Below are positions 19,842 through 28,996 of a DNA stretch of 64,000 nucleotides, piece after piece. Where the stretch lies: contig DUTP01000003.1 in the NCBI GenBank assembly GCA_012842045.1, positions 130,532 to 194,531 of the forward strand, given 5' to 3'. The translations under genes and the position numbers were made by a program. The notes beneath the pieces are model-generated. The model did not search any database, was not told where the DNA came from, and was given only the letters and a program-made list of their open reading frames with translations. This stretch comes from Candidatus Dojkabacteria bacterium. GTDB taxonomy: Bacteria; Patescibacteriota; Dojkabacteria; SC72. The first letter of the stretch is position 1. The number at the start of each line of letters is the position of its first letter.

Positions 19842-20186
19842 TTAATCCAATTTCCTCTTTTTTGGATAAACTCTCAATTTCACGCCTTTAGATGAAACAG
19901 TTGATAGAGTAACTTTCGTACAAAGATCTTCTCTGCCAGATGCTTCATAAACATCTTTTTCCACGATATAGTACACGTTTTTAAAACTTCTTTGAGGAAG
20001 ACCAATTATATGGCCATCATTAGTCAAACGTGCAATATGTCCAGAACAGTAAATTGTGAAGCCATCGGCCAAAACAATATCTTTGTCTGTAAGATTAATA
20101 AAGATTTTTTCATCTAATGTGCTCAAACCTACATATTCTAACCCATTAAGAAGAAATCTTACGGGTGCACTTTTGATATTATACAA
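19842..20186 (-). CDS. hypothetical protein
   Basis: ORF only; no recognised motifs. Confidence 0.4.
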   Translation of the reverse strand: MYNIKSAPVRFLLNGLEYVGLSTLDEKIFINLTDKDIVLADGFTIYCSGHIARLTNDGHIIGLPQRSFKNVYYIVEKDVYEASGREDLCTKVTLSTVSSKGVKLRVYPKKRKLD

Positions 20187-20281
20187 ACTTCACCTCTTTT
20201 CTTTTTTTAAAGGACCTCAACCTATAGTATATTATATCATTTTACCTACTAAATTACCATATCTTCTGTTAATATTAATAT

Positions 20282-21901
20282 ATGGATATAGAAAATAGAA
20301 TAAAAGTAGAAAAAGATACTGCTGAAGTAGATGAGTTTAACAGAATAATAGAAGAAGCTTTACCTCTACCAGTACTCATATCTTGTAAAACATACCCCAT
20401 ACAAGAAAATATCGATATAGAAAATATAGAGGGTTTTAATCGGGGTGAAATAGGGGTTCAAGATTATTATGAAAATAACGATATTATAGTCCTTTCCAAT
20501 GCATATGCTCTCGACAGTAGAGAGAGACTCTTCAAAAAAGGAAAACCAATATACATACAGAAAAAAGATTACACTTTTGGAATATTACAACCTGATTTGT
20601 CATACATTAAAAATAACGAAGAAGAAACTAGAATATTACAATATGAGAAAGGAGAACAAGAAGAAAACAGAGTAAAGGTATATAGAGATAAAAATGGTAA
20701 ACCTATACTCTCTAAAACTGGTATGCCTATACCTATATACAAATCCAAATATCTTTACCCTGCACTTGAAGTAACCAGTGTTGATAGAGATACAAATAAA
20801 CTAAAAGAAATTTTTCAGATATATTTTACCAATCCTGAAAAAATCTCTATAGATGGACATTCTGTTACAAAACATGCTTTTGATGCAATTATCGCTCTAA
20901 GATTAACTACTGCAGAAGAAGGGATAGATAATACATATTATACAATAGAAAAACGCGAAAGATGGCAAAATGAGAAGCAGAGACCTTTGGGGTATCGTTA
21001 TGTACTCTCAACAACAGAACCTATAACGATGTTAGGAGAGAAACTACCAGAACAACTAATACATAGCCAAATAGCAACAGAATTGGCTAATGGAATAAAA
21101 GAAAGATTAGATATGGGGAATGCTAAAGAAGCAAGAAGACTAGCAAATAATACTAGAGAATGGATTAAAGAATTTTCTAAAGATGAACCTATTCTAGGGC
21201 TAGCTATATACAATCAAATGAAATACTTACTTAAGTACGAATACAACACTCAATTTGCTAGTGAAAGAAAGTATAAGGTAACTGATATTAATACTCTTTT
21301 CTCCCGGAATGAAATCTTAGAAACTTTTAACTATACTCCAAATAATATTAGTAAAGAATTAGACAATATATTTGAGTATGAAAAAGAGGAAAATGACACA
21401 GATTTAGGTGAACTACTTGCATTTGAAAGTAAGGTTGATAGGATGTTGGAGTTCTTGGAGAAGGAAGGTGTTGATATGAATACCTTAGATTATTTAAAAC
21501 TTTCTGCTGGTTTAGATAGAACTGTTAGACCGAGGGTTGTGTTACAAGCAAGAGCTAAAAGAGATATTAGAAGAGGAAGAGATATATTCTATCCTACAAC
21601 TTCTATTATCACATCATTTTTACAAGAATATGGTTTAAACATATTTATAAAAGATTTTAGTAAGTATTCTGTTAGTAAGCAGAGAAATATAGATTTCTTA
21701 CTTGACGATGCTAGAAAAAGTAGAGATTTGTTAGATCATATGTATTTAAATATAGGAGCAAGATGGAATGAGGTTAAAAACATCCATCTTTTAGAGGGGA
21801 AATGGATAGATAGAATAAGAGAGAAGGTTGAAAGTTTGTTAGATATGAGTAATGAAGAAATAGAGAGATTTGCTAAACATGCTAAAGGTTTGAATATGTA
21901 G
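20282..21901 (+). CDS. hypothetical protein (539 aa, charged, no recognised domain)
   Basis: Long uninterrupted ORF with codon usage like its neighbours; no motifs recognised. Confidence 0.5.
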   Translation: MDIENRIKVEKDTAEVDEFNRIIEEALPLPVLISCKTYPIQENIDIENIEGFNRGEIGVQDYYENNDIIVLSNAYALDSRERLFKKGKPIYIQKKDYTFGILQPDLSYIKNNEEETRILQYEKGEQEENRVKVYRDKNGKPILSKTGMPIPIYKSKYLYPALEVTSVDRDTNKLKEIFQIYFTNPEKISIDGHSVTKHAFDAIIALRLTTAEEGIDNTYYTIEKRERWQNEKQRPLGYRYVLSTTEPITMLGEKLPEQLIHSQIATELANGIKERLDMGNAKEARRLANNTREWIKEFSKDEPILGLAIYNQMKYLLKYEYNTQFASERKYKVTDINTLFSRNEILETFNYTPNNISKELDNIFEYEKEENDTDLGELLAFESKVDRMLEFLEKEGVDMNTLDYLKLSAGLDRTVRPRVVLQARAKRDIRRGRDIFYPTTSIITSFLQEYGLNIFIKDFSKYSVSKQRNIDFLLDDARKSRDLLDHMYLNIGARWNEVKNIHLLEGKWIDRIREKVESLLDMSNEEIERFAKHAKGLNM

Positions 21902-21920
21902 TATAATTAAGTATAGATAT

Positions 21921-21998
21921 GGTGGGTATAGCTCAATTGGTTAGAGCGCTGGTTTGTGGCACCAGAGGTTGTGGGTTCAACTCCCATTACTCACCCCA
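21921..21998 (+). tRNA. tRNA-His (GUG) with encoded G-1 and 3' CCA
   Basis: Manual fold: G-1 then acceptor GUGGGUA/UACUCAC, D-stem GCUC/GAGC, anticodon stem CUGGU/ACCAG with loop UUGUGGC, T-arm GUGGG-UUCAACU-CCCAU, discriminator C, CCA. Confidence 0.85.
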
Positions 21999-22085
21999 TG
22001 CCCCATAGTATATTCCTTTACTTTTTGATATAATAATGGTGTTGTTTAACAACTGAAAAATTTACTCAATCGAAAGGAAAAGAAA

Positions 22086-22487
22086 ATGAATCGACAAATT
22101 GTTCCGATTGAAACGGATAAGTATACACCAATTCCTTGGAATCTTTTGCATCCCCGATACTCAGACAAACACTTTGACAACGGTGAGCAAACCGTTTACC
22201 TGGATCCTAACCATGAATTATGTTTCCTATCTGGAAGCAATGTAGTTAATGGTGCCATTTACAAGTATTCTGATCGACTGGACCAATTGGATTGCAAAAA
22301 ATCTCGAAGGTCTTTTCAAGATGCAAGTGAAAACTTCATCGAAGGAACCCCTGCGTTATATGAAGATTATTTAAGGAGATATCATGAGGATCCTGCTCTT
22401 AAATTAGTTCACATAATCGCTGGCATAAACCGTAGCAACGCTTACCCATATCGTATATATGGCTTTATATTACCTAAAAACGAGTAA
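22086..22487 (+). CDS. hypothetical protein with atypical (higher GC, CpG-rich) composition, adjacent to tRNA-His
   Basis: ORF; GC estimated by hand at roughly 40-45% against a local background near 30%. Many CG dinucleotides (ccgatt, acggat, ccccgat, atcgactgg). No family recognised. Confidence 0.45.
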   Translation: MNRQIVPIETDKYTPIPWNLLHPRYSDKHFDNGEQTVYLDPNHELCFLSGSNVVNGAIYKYSDRLDQLDCKKSRRSFQDASENFIEGTPALYEDYLRRYHEDPALKLVHIIAGINRSNAYPYRIYGFILPKNE

Positions 22488-22627
22488 AATCAGTTTGTTA
22501 AAGACAGAGCCTGGAGTAGGGATCTCGTGTAGTGTGTACTACCATTTTTCCCATAAACCTTCAGGCTTTTTTCTTATATATAACTCTTGCTAAAGTATAA
22601 CATATTCATAACTCCTGAAAGTACTTT

Positions 22628-23014
22628 TTATTCCTCATAGATATGAAACCTTATTTTTACATTTTCTTCTTCAGCAAATCTATTTAGTATTTTATAATAT
22701 GCTTCCCATCCAGGTGTATCTTCTTTTTTCATAAAACAATCTAATTCTGTTATATCCCAAAAAATATTCTGTTGTTTTAATAAAAGAAGAAAGGTTTCTA
22801 TCTCTTCCTCTAAAAGTAGATGATCATAATATGGCATGAGAGAGTAGGGGTGAATGAAACCATATTCACCTGAGAGAATAAGAAATTTAGTATTATCCAA
22901 AGAAGCTTTTTCATATACATTTTTAATACGAGGTGATAAATAACGATCTATTGCTGGTAGTAATTCTTTATCTTTTCTTTTTTCTTTACTACATATTGTA
23001 CAATAGTATTTCAT
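22628..23014 (-). CDS. hypothetical protein
   Basis: ORF (N-terminal YCTICSKEK); no confident family. Confidence 0.4.
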   Translation of the reverse strand: MKYYCTICSKEKRKDKELLPAIDRYLSPRIKNVYEKASLDNTKFLILSGEYGFIHPYSLMPYYDHLLLEEEIETFLLLLKQQNIFWDITELDCFMKKEDTPGWEAYYKILNRFAEEENVKIRFHIYEE

Positions 23015-23164
23015 ATTGATTTCTATTATATAAATGATTTTTTATCATAACAAGTTTCTTTGCTATTAACATATTGTTTTAAATTAACAATATTTCTCAA
23101 ACTTGACACAATCCTCATATCTGCTACAATTTTTACAAGACATAATTTTATATCATTAAGCGAT

Positions 23165-24601
23165 ATGAAAGAAGCCCAGTCTACAGATTTCTTTACAAAA
23201 CACAAGAAATCTATAATTATTTCAACCATAATAATCCTCGTAGTTGCACTCTTAGGTGCTCTCTACCTAACAGGATCTTTAGAAACAATTCTAAAGGACT
23301 TAGGTATTGGTAGGGATGAGTATTACGCTGAGACTGTAGAAAACGACAACCCTAGTTGTTCGTTTAAGAGGATAGAGTATCCTGAGAATGCCTTTAGTAT
23401 TGGTGTTCCAAATGGATGGTACTATGCAGTTGAAAGCGGTACTGTCTCAATAATGGAAGATGAGACAAATACTACTGCAGTACTCATATATACTGCTAAA
23501 TCACAGCCAGAATTAACAAAAGAGGATTTCCTAAACACATTCTCTAAAATCTTAAAAGAAACTACTGAAGAAGGAGGTGGGACATTTGAGATGCAGGAGA
23601 TTCAAAAGATAGAAGAGTTAGAGGATGAGATTTATGCAGATGTCATAGCTCAAATCAACGAGTATGATATTAAAGGAAAAATGCATGTTTCTAAAACAAA
23701 AGATTTTGTTACATTTAAAGTATATTGGGCACCTGCAGAGATATTTGAAGAGAGAGAAGGTTTCTTAAAGGAGATTTCAGGGTGTTTTGCAAGAACAAAA
23801 GTACTTACAGATGATATTTTAACAGCAAAACCCAAAGAAGAAGTAAAGGAAGAAACTCCTGAAGGTTTTAAGAAATACAAAGGAAAATACTTCCAGTTAG
23901 ATAAGGCTACCGGTTATACCATCTCTGAAGAGAAAGAAGGTTTTATTCAATTAGTAGGGCCTGATCAAAGAACATTACTTAGCTACATGTACACAACAGA
24001 ATTAAAAGGTGACTATACACCTAAATTTTGGGTAGAAGAGACGTTCGCAGAGGTTAAGGAAATAACAGACCTTGCATTAACAGATGAAACAGTATTACCA
24101 TCTCAAGTATTAGGGTATAGTGTACAGGAGTTTAACCTTAGTGCTAAGATGGAAGGAACACCTATTCTAGGTAAAATAACTGTTGGGATATATCAGCCTC
24201 CATACTCTGCTGGTGGGACTAAATATGCATCAGCTTATGGATTTGGACAGATGACAGTAGCTGAGAATTGGGATAATGTAAAAGATACTTTACAGAAGAT
24301 GCAAGACAGTTTTGACTTTGTTGATAGTAGTATGATAAGGAAGAATACATTACTACCAATAGTTGAACCTACTGAGAATACAAGGGCTTCTATTACTGTT
24401 CAAAGTAGTGCTTATCATAAAGGTTTAATAACTAAATCTAATGAGAAATGGGTAGAGGGTATGAGAGGATATGAGACATTATCTTCACCAAGTACAGGTC
24501 AAACATATCAAGTTCCTATTAACTCATGGAGTCTATATGGACCAGAGGGATCAGGATATTACAGACTATTAGAAGATGGTAAGTTTGAGAAGTTGCAGTA
24601 G
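23165..24601 (+). CDS. hypothetical membrane-anchored extracytoplasmic protein
   Basis: Internal ATG at 23165 gives MKEAQSTDFFTKHKKSIIISTIIILVVALLGALYL (TM); the ORF track start at 23060 is probably too far upstream. Confidence 0.5.
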   Translation: MKEAQSTDFFTKHKKSIIISTIIILVVALLGALYLTGSLETILKDLGIGRDEYYAETVENDNPSCSFKRIEYPENAFSIGVPNGWYYAVESGTVSIMEDETNTTAVLIYTAKSQPELTKEDFLNTFSKILKETTEEGGGTFEMQEIQKIEELEDEIYADVIAQINEYDIKGKMHVSKTKDFVTFKVYWAPAEIFEEREGFLKEISGCFARTKVLTDDILTAKPKEEVKEETPEGFKKYKGKYFQLDKATGYTISEEKEGFIQLVGPDQRTLLSYMYTTELKGDYTPKFWVEETFAEVKEITDLALTDETVLPSQVLGYSVQEFNLSAKMEGTPILGKITVGIYQPPYSAGGTKYASAYGFGQMTVAENWDNVKDTLQKMQDSFDFVDSSMIRKNTLLPIVEPTENTRASITVQSSAYHKGLITKSNEKWVEGMRGYETLSSPSTGQTYQVPINSWSLYGPEGSGYYRLLEDGKFEKLQ

Positions 24602-24793
24602 GAGAGTTTGAAGAATTAATTCTCCTTCTTAACTCTAAAATCTATTTTATAAGAATATACCTCAACATTAGGTACCATCTTTGCAGAATAATCTAGTTGC
24701 TTATTATATCCTCCTGAGATAATAATACCTTTAACATCGTTATCCCCTAGTACTAGCATACTACATCATAAATCTTAACAACAAAGAAAGTGT

Positions 24794-25321
24794 CTATTCT
24801 TGACTATCGATAGCTTCCAAAGTAAAAAACACACCCATATCCTCTAAATCTTCTTTAAATAGGGGAATAAAAGGAACTTTTGTATCACTTGATTTACTAA
24901 GATTATCATGCTGTCTACTTTTACTCTCACTATTATGCTTTCTAGGTAAACTAGTTATCTCAACAAGAACACCATCTTTTAACTCTTCACTATAAACAAA
25001 GAAATCAGCACGACTATTACATCCTTCTTTGAACTTTGGTTCTCGAAAGAGACATAAACCTAAAGAAAGCAACTTTAGAGCATAGTTAGCCTCGTAATCA
25101 TCCATCAAATTCCCATTATATTTCCCCTTCTCTTCTCCATTAAATGTACCATTCTTCCAATTACTTTTCCTATACCTTTCTATATACTCCTCATCAACAG
25201 CGTCTCCCAAATGAAGAAATTCTAGATAATATTCAATGTTTTTTTCTTCTTCTTTTTCAATACCGACCACAAGCTCAACCATACCTAATTTAGAAGAATA
25301 TATCAAGCAAAACAGACACAT
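24794..25321 (-). CDS. hypothetical protein (possible alternative start at MVELVVG, 25280-25282)
   Basis: ORF only. Confidence 0.4.
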   Translation of the reverse strand: MCLFCLIYSSKLGMVELVVGIEKEEEKNIEYYLEFLHLGDAVDEEYIERYRKSNWKNGTFNGEEKGKYNGNLMDDYEANYALKLLSLGLCLFREPKFKEGCNSRADFFVYSEELKDGVLVEITSLPRKHNSESKSRQHDNLSKSSDTKVPFIPLFKEDLEDMGVFFTLEAIDSQE

Positions 25322-25345
25322 CTAATCACTATGATATAATTAATA

Positions 25346-26563
25346 ATGAAGTCTAAAAAGAAAGACTTTTTCATATCAATACTCCTACTTGGCTTTTTCT
25401 TTGGTATTTTTGTCTTAATTCTACACTTTAAGCTCATACAAAACCCAATAGTAGAAGAAATAGAGATACCAAAAAGTATGGTAGACCTCTACGAAGAAGC
25501 AAGAATTACCAGAGAAAAAGAACTAAATGCCATTCCCCTTGAACAAAGCATCTATGACCAAATGAGTATTGAAGAAAGAGTTGGTCAACTCTTCATGTTT
25601 GGTATTGATGGTAATACTAGTTTAGAACCAAACAACAAAAAATTCTTAAAAGAAGTAAAACCTGGTTCTGTTCTCTTGTTTGCAAAAAATATTACAGATG
25701 AAAAACAACTAAAGAAACTTACTAATGAAATACAATCTACAGACCCAAAGATTCCTCTTTTTGTAGCAATAGATCAGGAAGGAGGGGTTGTATCTCGAAT
25801 TGAATGGGATAGGGTGCTTACAGAGCCTCAAAATGCCATTGGAGATAACCAAGAGGCATATGAAATTGCTAAGAGTAGGGGAGAGAAACTAAAAGAATTA
25901 GGTGTTAATACGAACTTAGCTCCAGTTGTAGAATATACACAAGATAGAAGGTCATTTATATACAACAGAACATACAGAGGTGCTTTAGATGAAGTAATAC
26001 AGAAATCTGTCTTTACAGTCAGTGGGTACAAGAATGCTTCTATCTTATCAGTAATTAAACACTATCCTGGACATGGGGATACTCCTAAAGATCCTCACTT
26101 TGTACTTCCTGAAATTAAAGTTTCAAAGAATCAATGGGATAGATATATTCAACCTTTTAGTAAAACAATTAAACAAGTTGATGTTGATGCTGTTATGATA
26201 GGGCATATTCTTTTTCCTGATATAGACAAGATGCCAGCTTCTCTTTCTAAGGAGATTATTCAAAAGAGATTGATTGAGGATTTAGATTACAATGGATTAG
26301 TAGTTTCTGATGATATGGAGATGATGGCATTAAAAAGTATGGGTAGTAAGGAAGAGATTGCAGTTAAGGCATTAGACGCTGGGGTTGATATTTTAATATA
26401 TAGTGTCTATAGTGAAAAGGAGCAAGGTTCTCAAAAAAGTATTTACAACTATGTTCTTAAGAAAGTTCAAGATGGAGATATTGAGATAGAGGAGAAGGTA
26501 TTGAAAATTTTGAAAATGAAAATTAAGTATGGGCTCTTAAATGAAGGTTTGTTAACGTTATAG
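25346..26563 (+). CDS. GH3 beta-N-acetylhexosaminidase (NagZ-like), membrane-anchored
   Basis: KHYPGHGDTPKDPH (KHFPGHG...DSH motif), VVSDDMEMMAL, N-terminal TM FFISILLLGFFFGIFVLIL. Confidence 0.8.
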   Translation: MKSKKKDFFISILLLGFFFGIFVLILHFKLIQNPIVEEIEIPKSMVDLYEEARITREKELNAIPLEQSIYDQMSIEERVGQLFMFGIDGNTSLEPNNKKFLKEVKPGSVLLFAKNITDEKQLKKLTNEIQSTDPKIPLFVAIDQEGGVVSRIEWDRVLTEPQNAIGDNQEAYEIAKSRGEKLKELGVNTNLAPVVEYTQDRRSFIYNRTYRGALDEVIQKSVFTVSGYKNASILSVIKHYPGHGDTPKDPHFVLPEIKVSKNQWDRYIQPFSKTIKQVDVDAVMIGHILFPDIDKMPASLSKEIIQKRLIEDLDYNGLVVSDDMEMMALKSMGSKEEIAVKALDAGVDILIYSVYSEKEQGSQKSIYNYVLKKVQDGDIEIEEKVLKILKMKIKYGLLNEGLLTL

Positions 26564-26961
26564 TGTTTTTACTTAACAAAAGAAAAAGCCTTTTTAAAGT
26601 CAAACTGAAAATTCAAAGAAAAAGCTCCAAACCCTTAGTATTCTACCCTTGACATCTATTTGACCCCTCGTTAGTATTAATCATTAGCACATTTAAAGCC
26701 TATCAGTGTTGGTACCAGTCTAGGTATAGAACCAATTTTCTATATCGATGATTACTGAGGTTTTAAAGGATATGTTAATGATTCGAACATTAACAACTTA
26801 GTAGCGGTAATTGGGTCAAAAGCCCTTTTGCTTGTTGCTAAGTCCAATCTATATGGTGTAAGCCATATTCTGCTAGTATTGGATGGGGTTAATTGGAGCT
26901 ACCATCCTTTTTTTTCGTATATACATATTTCACAGTTCTAGGATTTCATCAATAATTATTT

Positions 26962-27723
26962 TTATACCAAATCCCAAATCTCCTCAAGAGCATTTACAAC
27001 CATCACTTTATCAAGATCTGACAGAGAAGATGCCTCTCTATTTCTCTCACCTATCCTATCTATCCATATTAAATGCTCAACACCTTGCTCTATTGACGGT
27101 TGAATATCAGCACTCAAACTATCTCCAATAATTAAAATCTCCTCTAATGCAATCCCTTTCTTCAAAGCATCACTTATCGGTTTCTCCCAATCCTTAGGAT
27201 GTTCAATATCTGTTGTATAGTAGGGGATATCTGGGATATCACACTTCTCTTCCATATATTCAATCTTTACCTTAGTCCAACCCTCACCAGCTAAAGTATT
27301 TGCAGCAAAAAACTTCATATTAGGATAATGGTAAAAGAAATGAAAAAGATCTACTGCTTCAGGAAAAATCTCAGGAGTATTATCATAAAAACCTTCTAGG
27401 TGTTTATCTAGTATCTCATCCATCAATGGGTGATAATTATCTTTGTAGAAATCCCTTAAACCAATTTCATATTCAACTTTTACTGGTAAAGGCTTACGAT
27501 TTCTCTCATAGAACTTCCTACTAACATCTTGAGAGATTTTCTTTGCTGTAATAGCAGGTTCCTCATTTTCAACAGGAAAATTATTTACTATTTCTAAAAA
27601 GGATGCTTCTTTTTTATCAATATAGTAGGGATCTGTATCAAATACAGTATTATCTAAATCAAAAATTAAGGCTTTAATACCTCTTTCTTTTAATATCCTT
27701 TCTAGATTAGTACTATTTTTCAT
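26962..27723 (-). CDS. HAD-superfamily hydrolase
   Basis: Motif I ALIFDLDNTVFDT, C-terminal IIGDSLSADI (motif IV). Confidence 0.7.
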   Translation of the reverse strand: MKNSTNLERILKERGIKALIFDLDNTVFDTDPYYIDKKEASFLEIVNNFPVENEEPAITAKKISQDVSRKFYERNRKPLPVKVEYEIGLRDFYKDNYHPLMDEILDKHLEGFYDNTPEIFPEAVDLFHFFYHYPNMKFFAANTLAGEGWTKVKIEYMEEKCDIPDIPYYTTDIEHPKDWEKPISDALKKGIALEEILIIGDSLSADIQPSIEQGVEHLIWIDRIGERNREASSLSDLDKVMVVNALEEIWDLV

Positions 27724-27814
27724 ATATTAATATATCTATATTACTTTTTATGCATTACATTTTACCATGAAAGAGATATATACCAGAAAAAACACTTCAT
27801 TAATATACTCTACA

Positions 27815-27895
27815 TCTTATTTCCATTGAGTTAAAACACAGAAATGGGTATAATTTCACCGTTCTTGGATTGTGCTGTTTAAAAATAAAAAAGGA
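27815..27895 (+). promoter_or_regulatory. sigma70-type promoter (TTGAGT-17-TATAAT) plus conserved leader, copy 1 of a tandem duplicated module
   Basis: -35 TTGAGT at 27825-27830, 17-nt spacer, -10 GGTATAAT at 27846-27853. Downstream leader GTTCTTGGATTGTGCTGTTTAAAAA is conserved with copy 2. Confidence 0.55.
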
Positions 27896-28056
27896 GAAGA
27901 AAAATATTGAAAGAAAAAGCCAAAGAAGAAAAAACTCCTAAAAAGAAAAAGAAAGATGAAAGACCAAAACCCACTTCCCGAACCAATGGAAAGATAGGAC
28001 ACTAAAATCCTCTTTTTAGACCTTGGGTAGACACAATCAAAAGAACAAAAGAAAGT

Positions 28057-28104
28057 GGGTCTTCTAAAAGACTATGTTCACAGAAGACCCGCTACCTTTC
28101 TTTC
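28057..28104 (+). terminator. putative intrinsic terminator after module copy 1
   Basis: Stem GGGTCTTCT / AGAAGACCC with a 16-nt loop, followed by a T-rich tract (gctacctttctttc). Confidence 0.4.
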
Positions 28105-28140
28105 AACTACTATTCATCACCTCACCAATAGACACCTCAT

Positions 28141-28225
28141 TATATTTTCATTGAGTTAAAACATAATAACAGGTATAATATTGCTGTTCTTGGAAGGTGC
28201 TTTTTAACAATTTTATATCATCGTC
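28141..28225 (+). promoter_or_regulatory. sigma70-type promoter (TTGAGT-17-TATAAT) plus conserved leader, copy 2
   Basis: -35 TTGAGT at 28151-28156, 17-nt spacer, -10 GGTATAAT at 28172-28179. Leader GTTCTTGGAAGGTGCTTTTTAACAA. About 75% identity to copy 1 over ~68 nt. Confidence 0.55.
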
Positions 28226-28263
28226 AAAACTTGTAAAGTAATTAAGGAAAGGAGGAACTTTAT

Positions 28264-28410
28264 ATGATCTCCGAATTAATTAGGTCTTGGAAAAAAGAAC
28301 GTAGAAGACAACCTTCTACAAAGATCCAAAACCCCAAAAAAGCTAGACGTAAACAAAATAAAAACCACAACAAGCACCGTCGTTCATATAAAAATAAAAA
28401 TATTATATAG
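28264..28410 (+). CDS. small highly basic protein (48 aa; MISELIRSWKKERRRQPSTKIQNPKKARRKQNKNHNKHRRSYKNKNII)
   Basis: Own translation. AGGAGG lies 8 nt upstream of the ATG, under promoter copy 2. Below the ORF-track size cutoff. Confidence 0.45.
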   Translation: MISELIRSWKKERRRQPSTKIQNPKKARRKQNKNHNKHRRSYKNKNII

Positions 28411-28459
28411 ATTGTTAAGGCCTTATCTTATTTTGCACTAGTTTCCACGAACAAAGAAA

Positions 28460-28507
28460 AGCGAGTCTCATATGACTCAGTTCTGAGACTCGCTCCCTTT
28501 TCTTTCT
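28460..28507. terminator. bidirectional intrinsic terminator (serves the small-ORF unit on + and the cupin gene on -)
   Basis: Stem AGCGAGTCTCA / TGAGACTCGCT with a 13-nt loop, T-rich on both flanks. Confidence 0.55.
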
Positions 28508-28512
28508 AACTA

Positions 28513-28914
28513 CTATGCATTAACACTCTCAGAAAATGCCTCATCCTCTTCATCTGCCATAGCATCTTCCTTAGTAGCATGCACAATACCATCAATATGA
28601 TTAGCTGGAGTATAGATTGTATAGAGTTTTAAATCTTCATCACCAGTATTAATCACATTATGACTTACACCTGAAGGTACAACAATTGCAAAACCATCCT
28701 CAAACTCTGTCTCTTCACCATCCATAACTACCTTTCCTTTACCTTCTTCAACTCTAAAGAATTGATCTACCTTAGGATGAACTTCCTCACCAATATCCTC
28801 ACCTGGTTTTAATGACATAACTACTAACTGAAGATGATTTCCAGTATATACTACCTTTCTAAAGTTTGTATTCTCTTCTGTAATCTTCTCAATATCATCT
28901 ACATATCCTTTCAT
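28513..28914 (-). CDS. cupin-domain protein
   Basis: Small beta-barrel cupin_2-like sequence (GEDIGEEVHP ... VVPSGVSHNVINTG); acidic C-terminal tail. Confidence 0.65.
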   Translation of the reverse strand: MKGYVDDIEKITEENTNFRKVVYTGNHLQLVVMSLKPGEDIGEEVHPKVDQFFRVEEGKGKVVMDGEETEFEDGFAIVVPSGVSHNVINTGDEDLKLYTIYTPANHIDGIVHATKEDAMADEEDEAFSESVNA

Positions 28915-28996
28915 ATATTTATATTAATAAATTTAAGTAAACTACTCTATCATTCTATCACTTAACATATCCTTTTGAAAATTGTAATATTAATTA

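Noticed and set aside
24618-24640. Perfect 12-nt palindrome AGAATTAATTCT in the convergent intergenic region
   Set aside because: Too short and AT-rich to distinguish from chance in a ~30% GC genome. There is no second copy or associated regulator gene.
26883-27131. 82-aa plus-strand ORF at the end of the 26564-26961 gap
   Set aside because: Most of it overlaps the HAD hydrolase gene on the opposite strand and it starts inside the terminator hairpin, so it is not coding.
27906-28004. TTG-initiated 32-aa Lys-rich peptide after promoter module 1
   Set aside because: Not listed as a feature. The start codon is non-ATG and an alternative short ATG frame exists, so the evidence is weaker than for the module-2 ORF. 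It is mentioned only in the finding.
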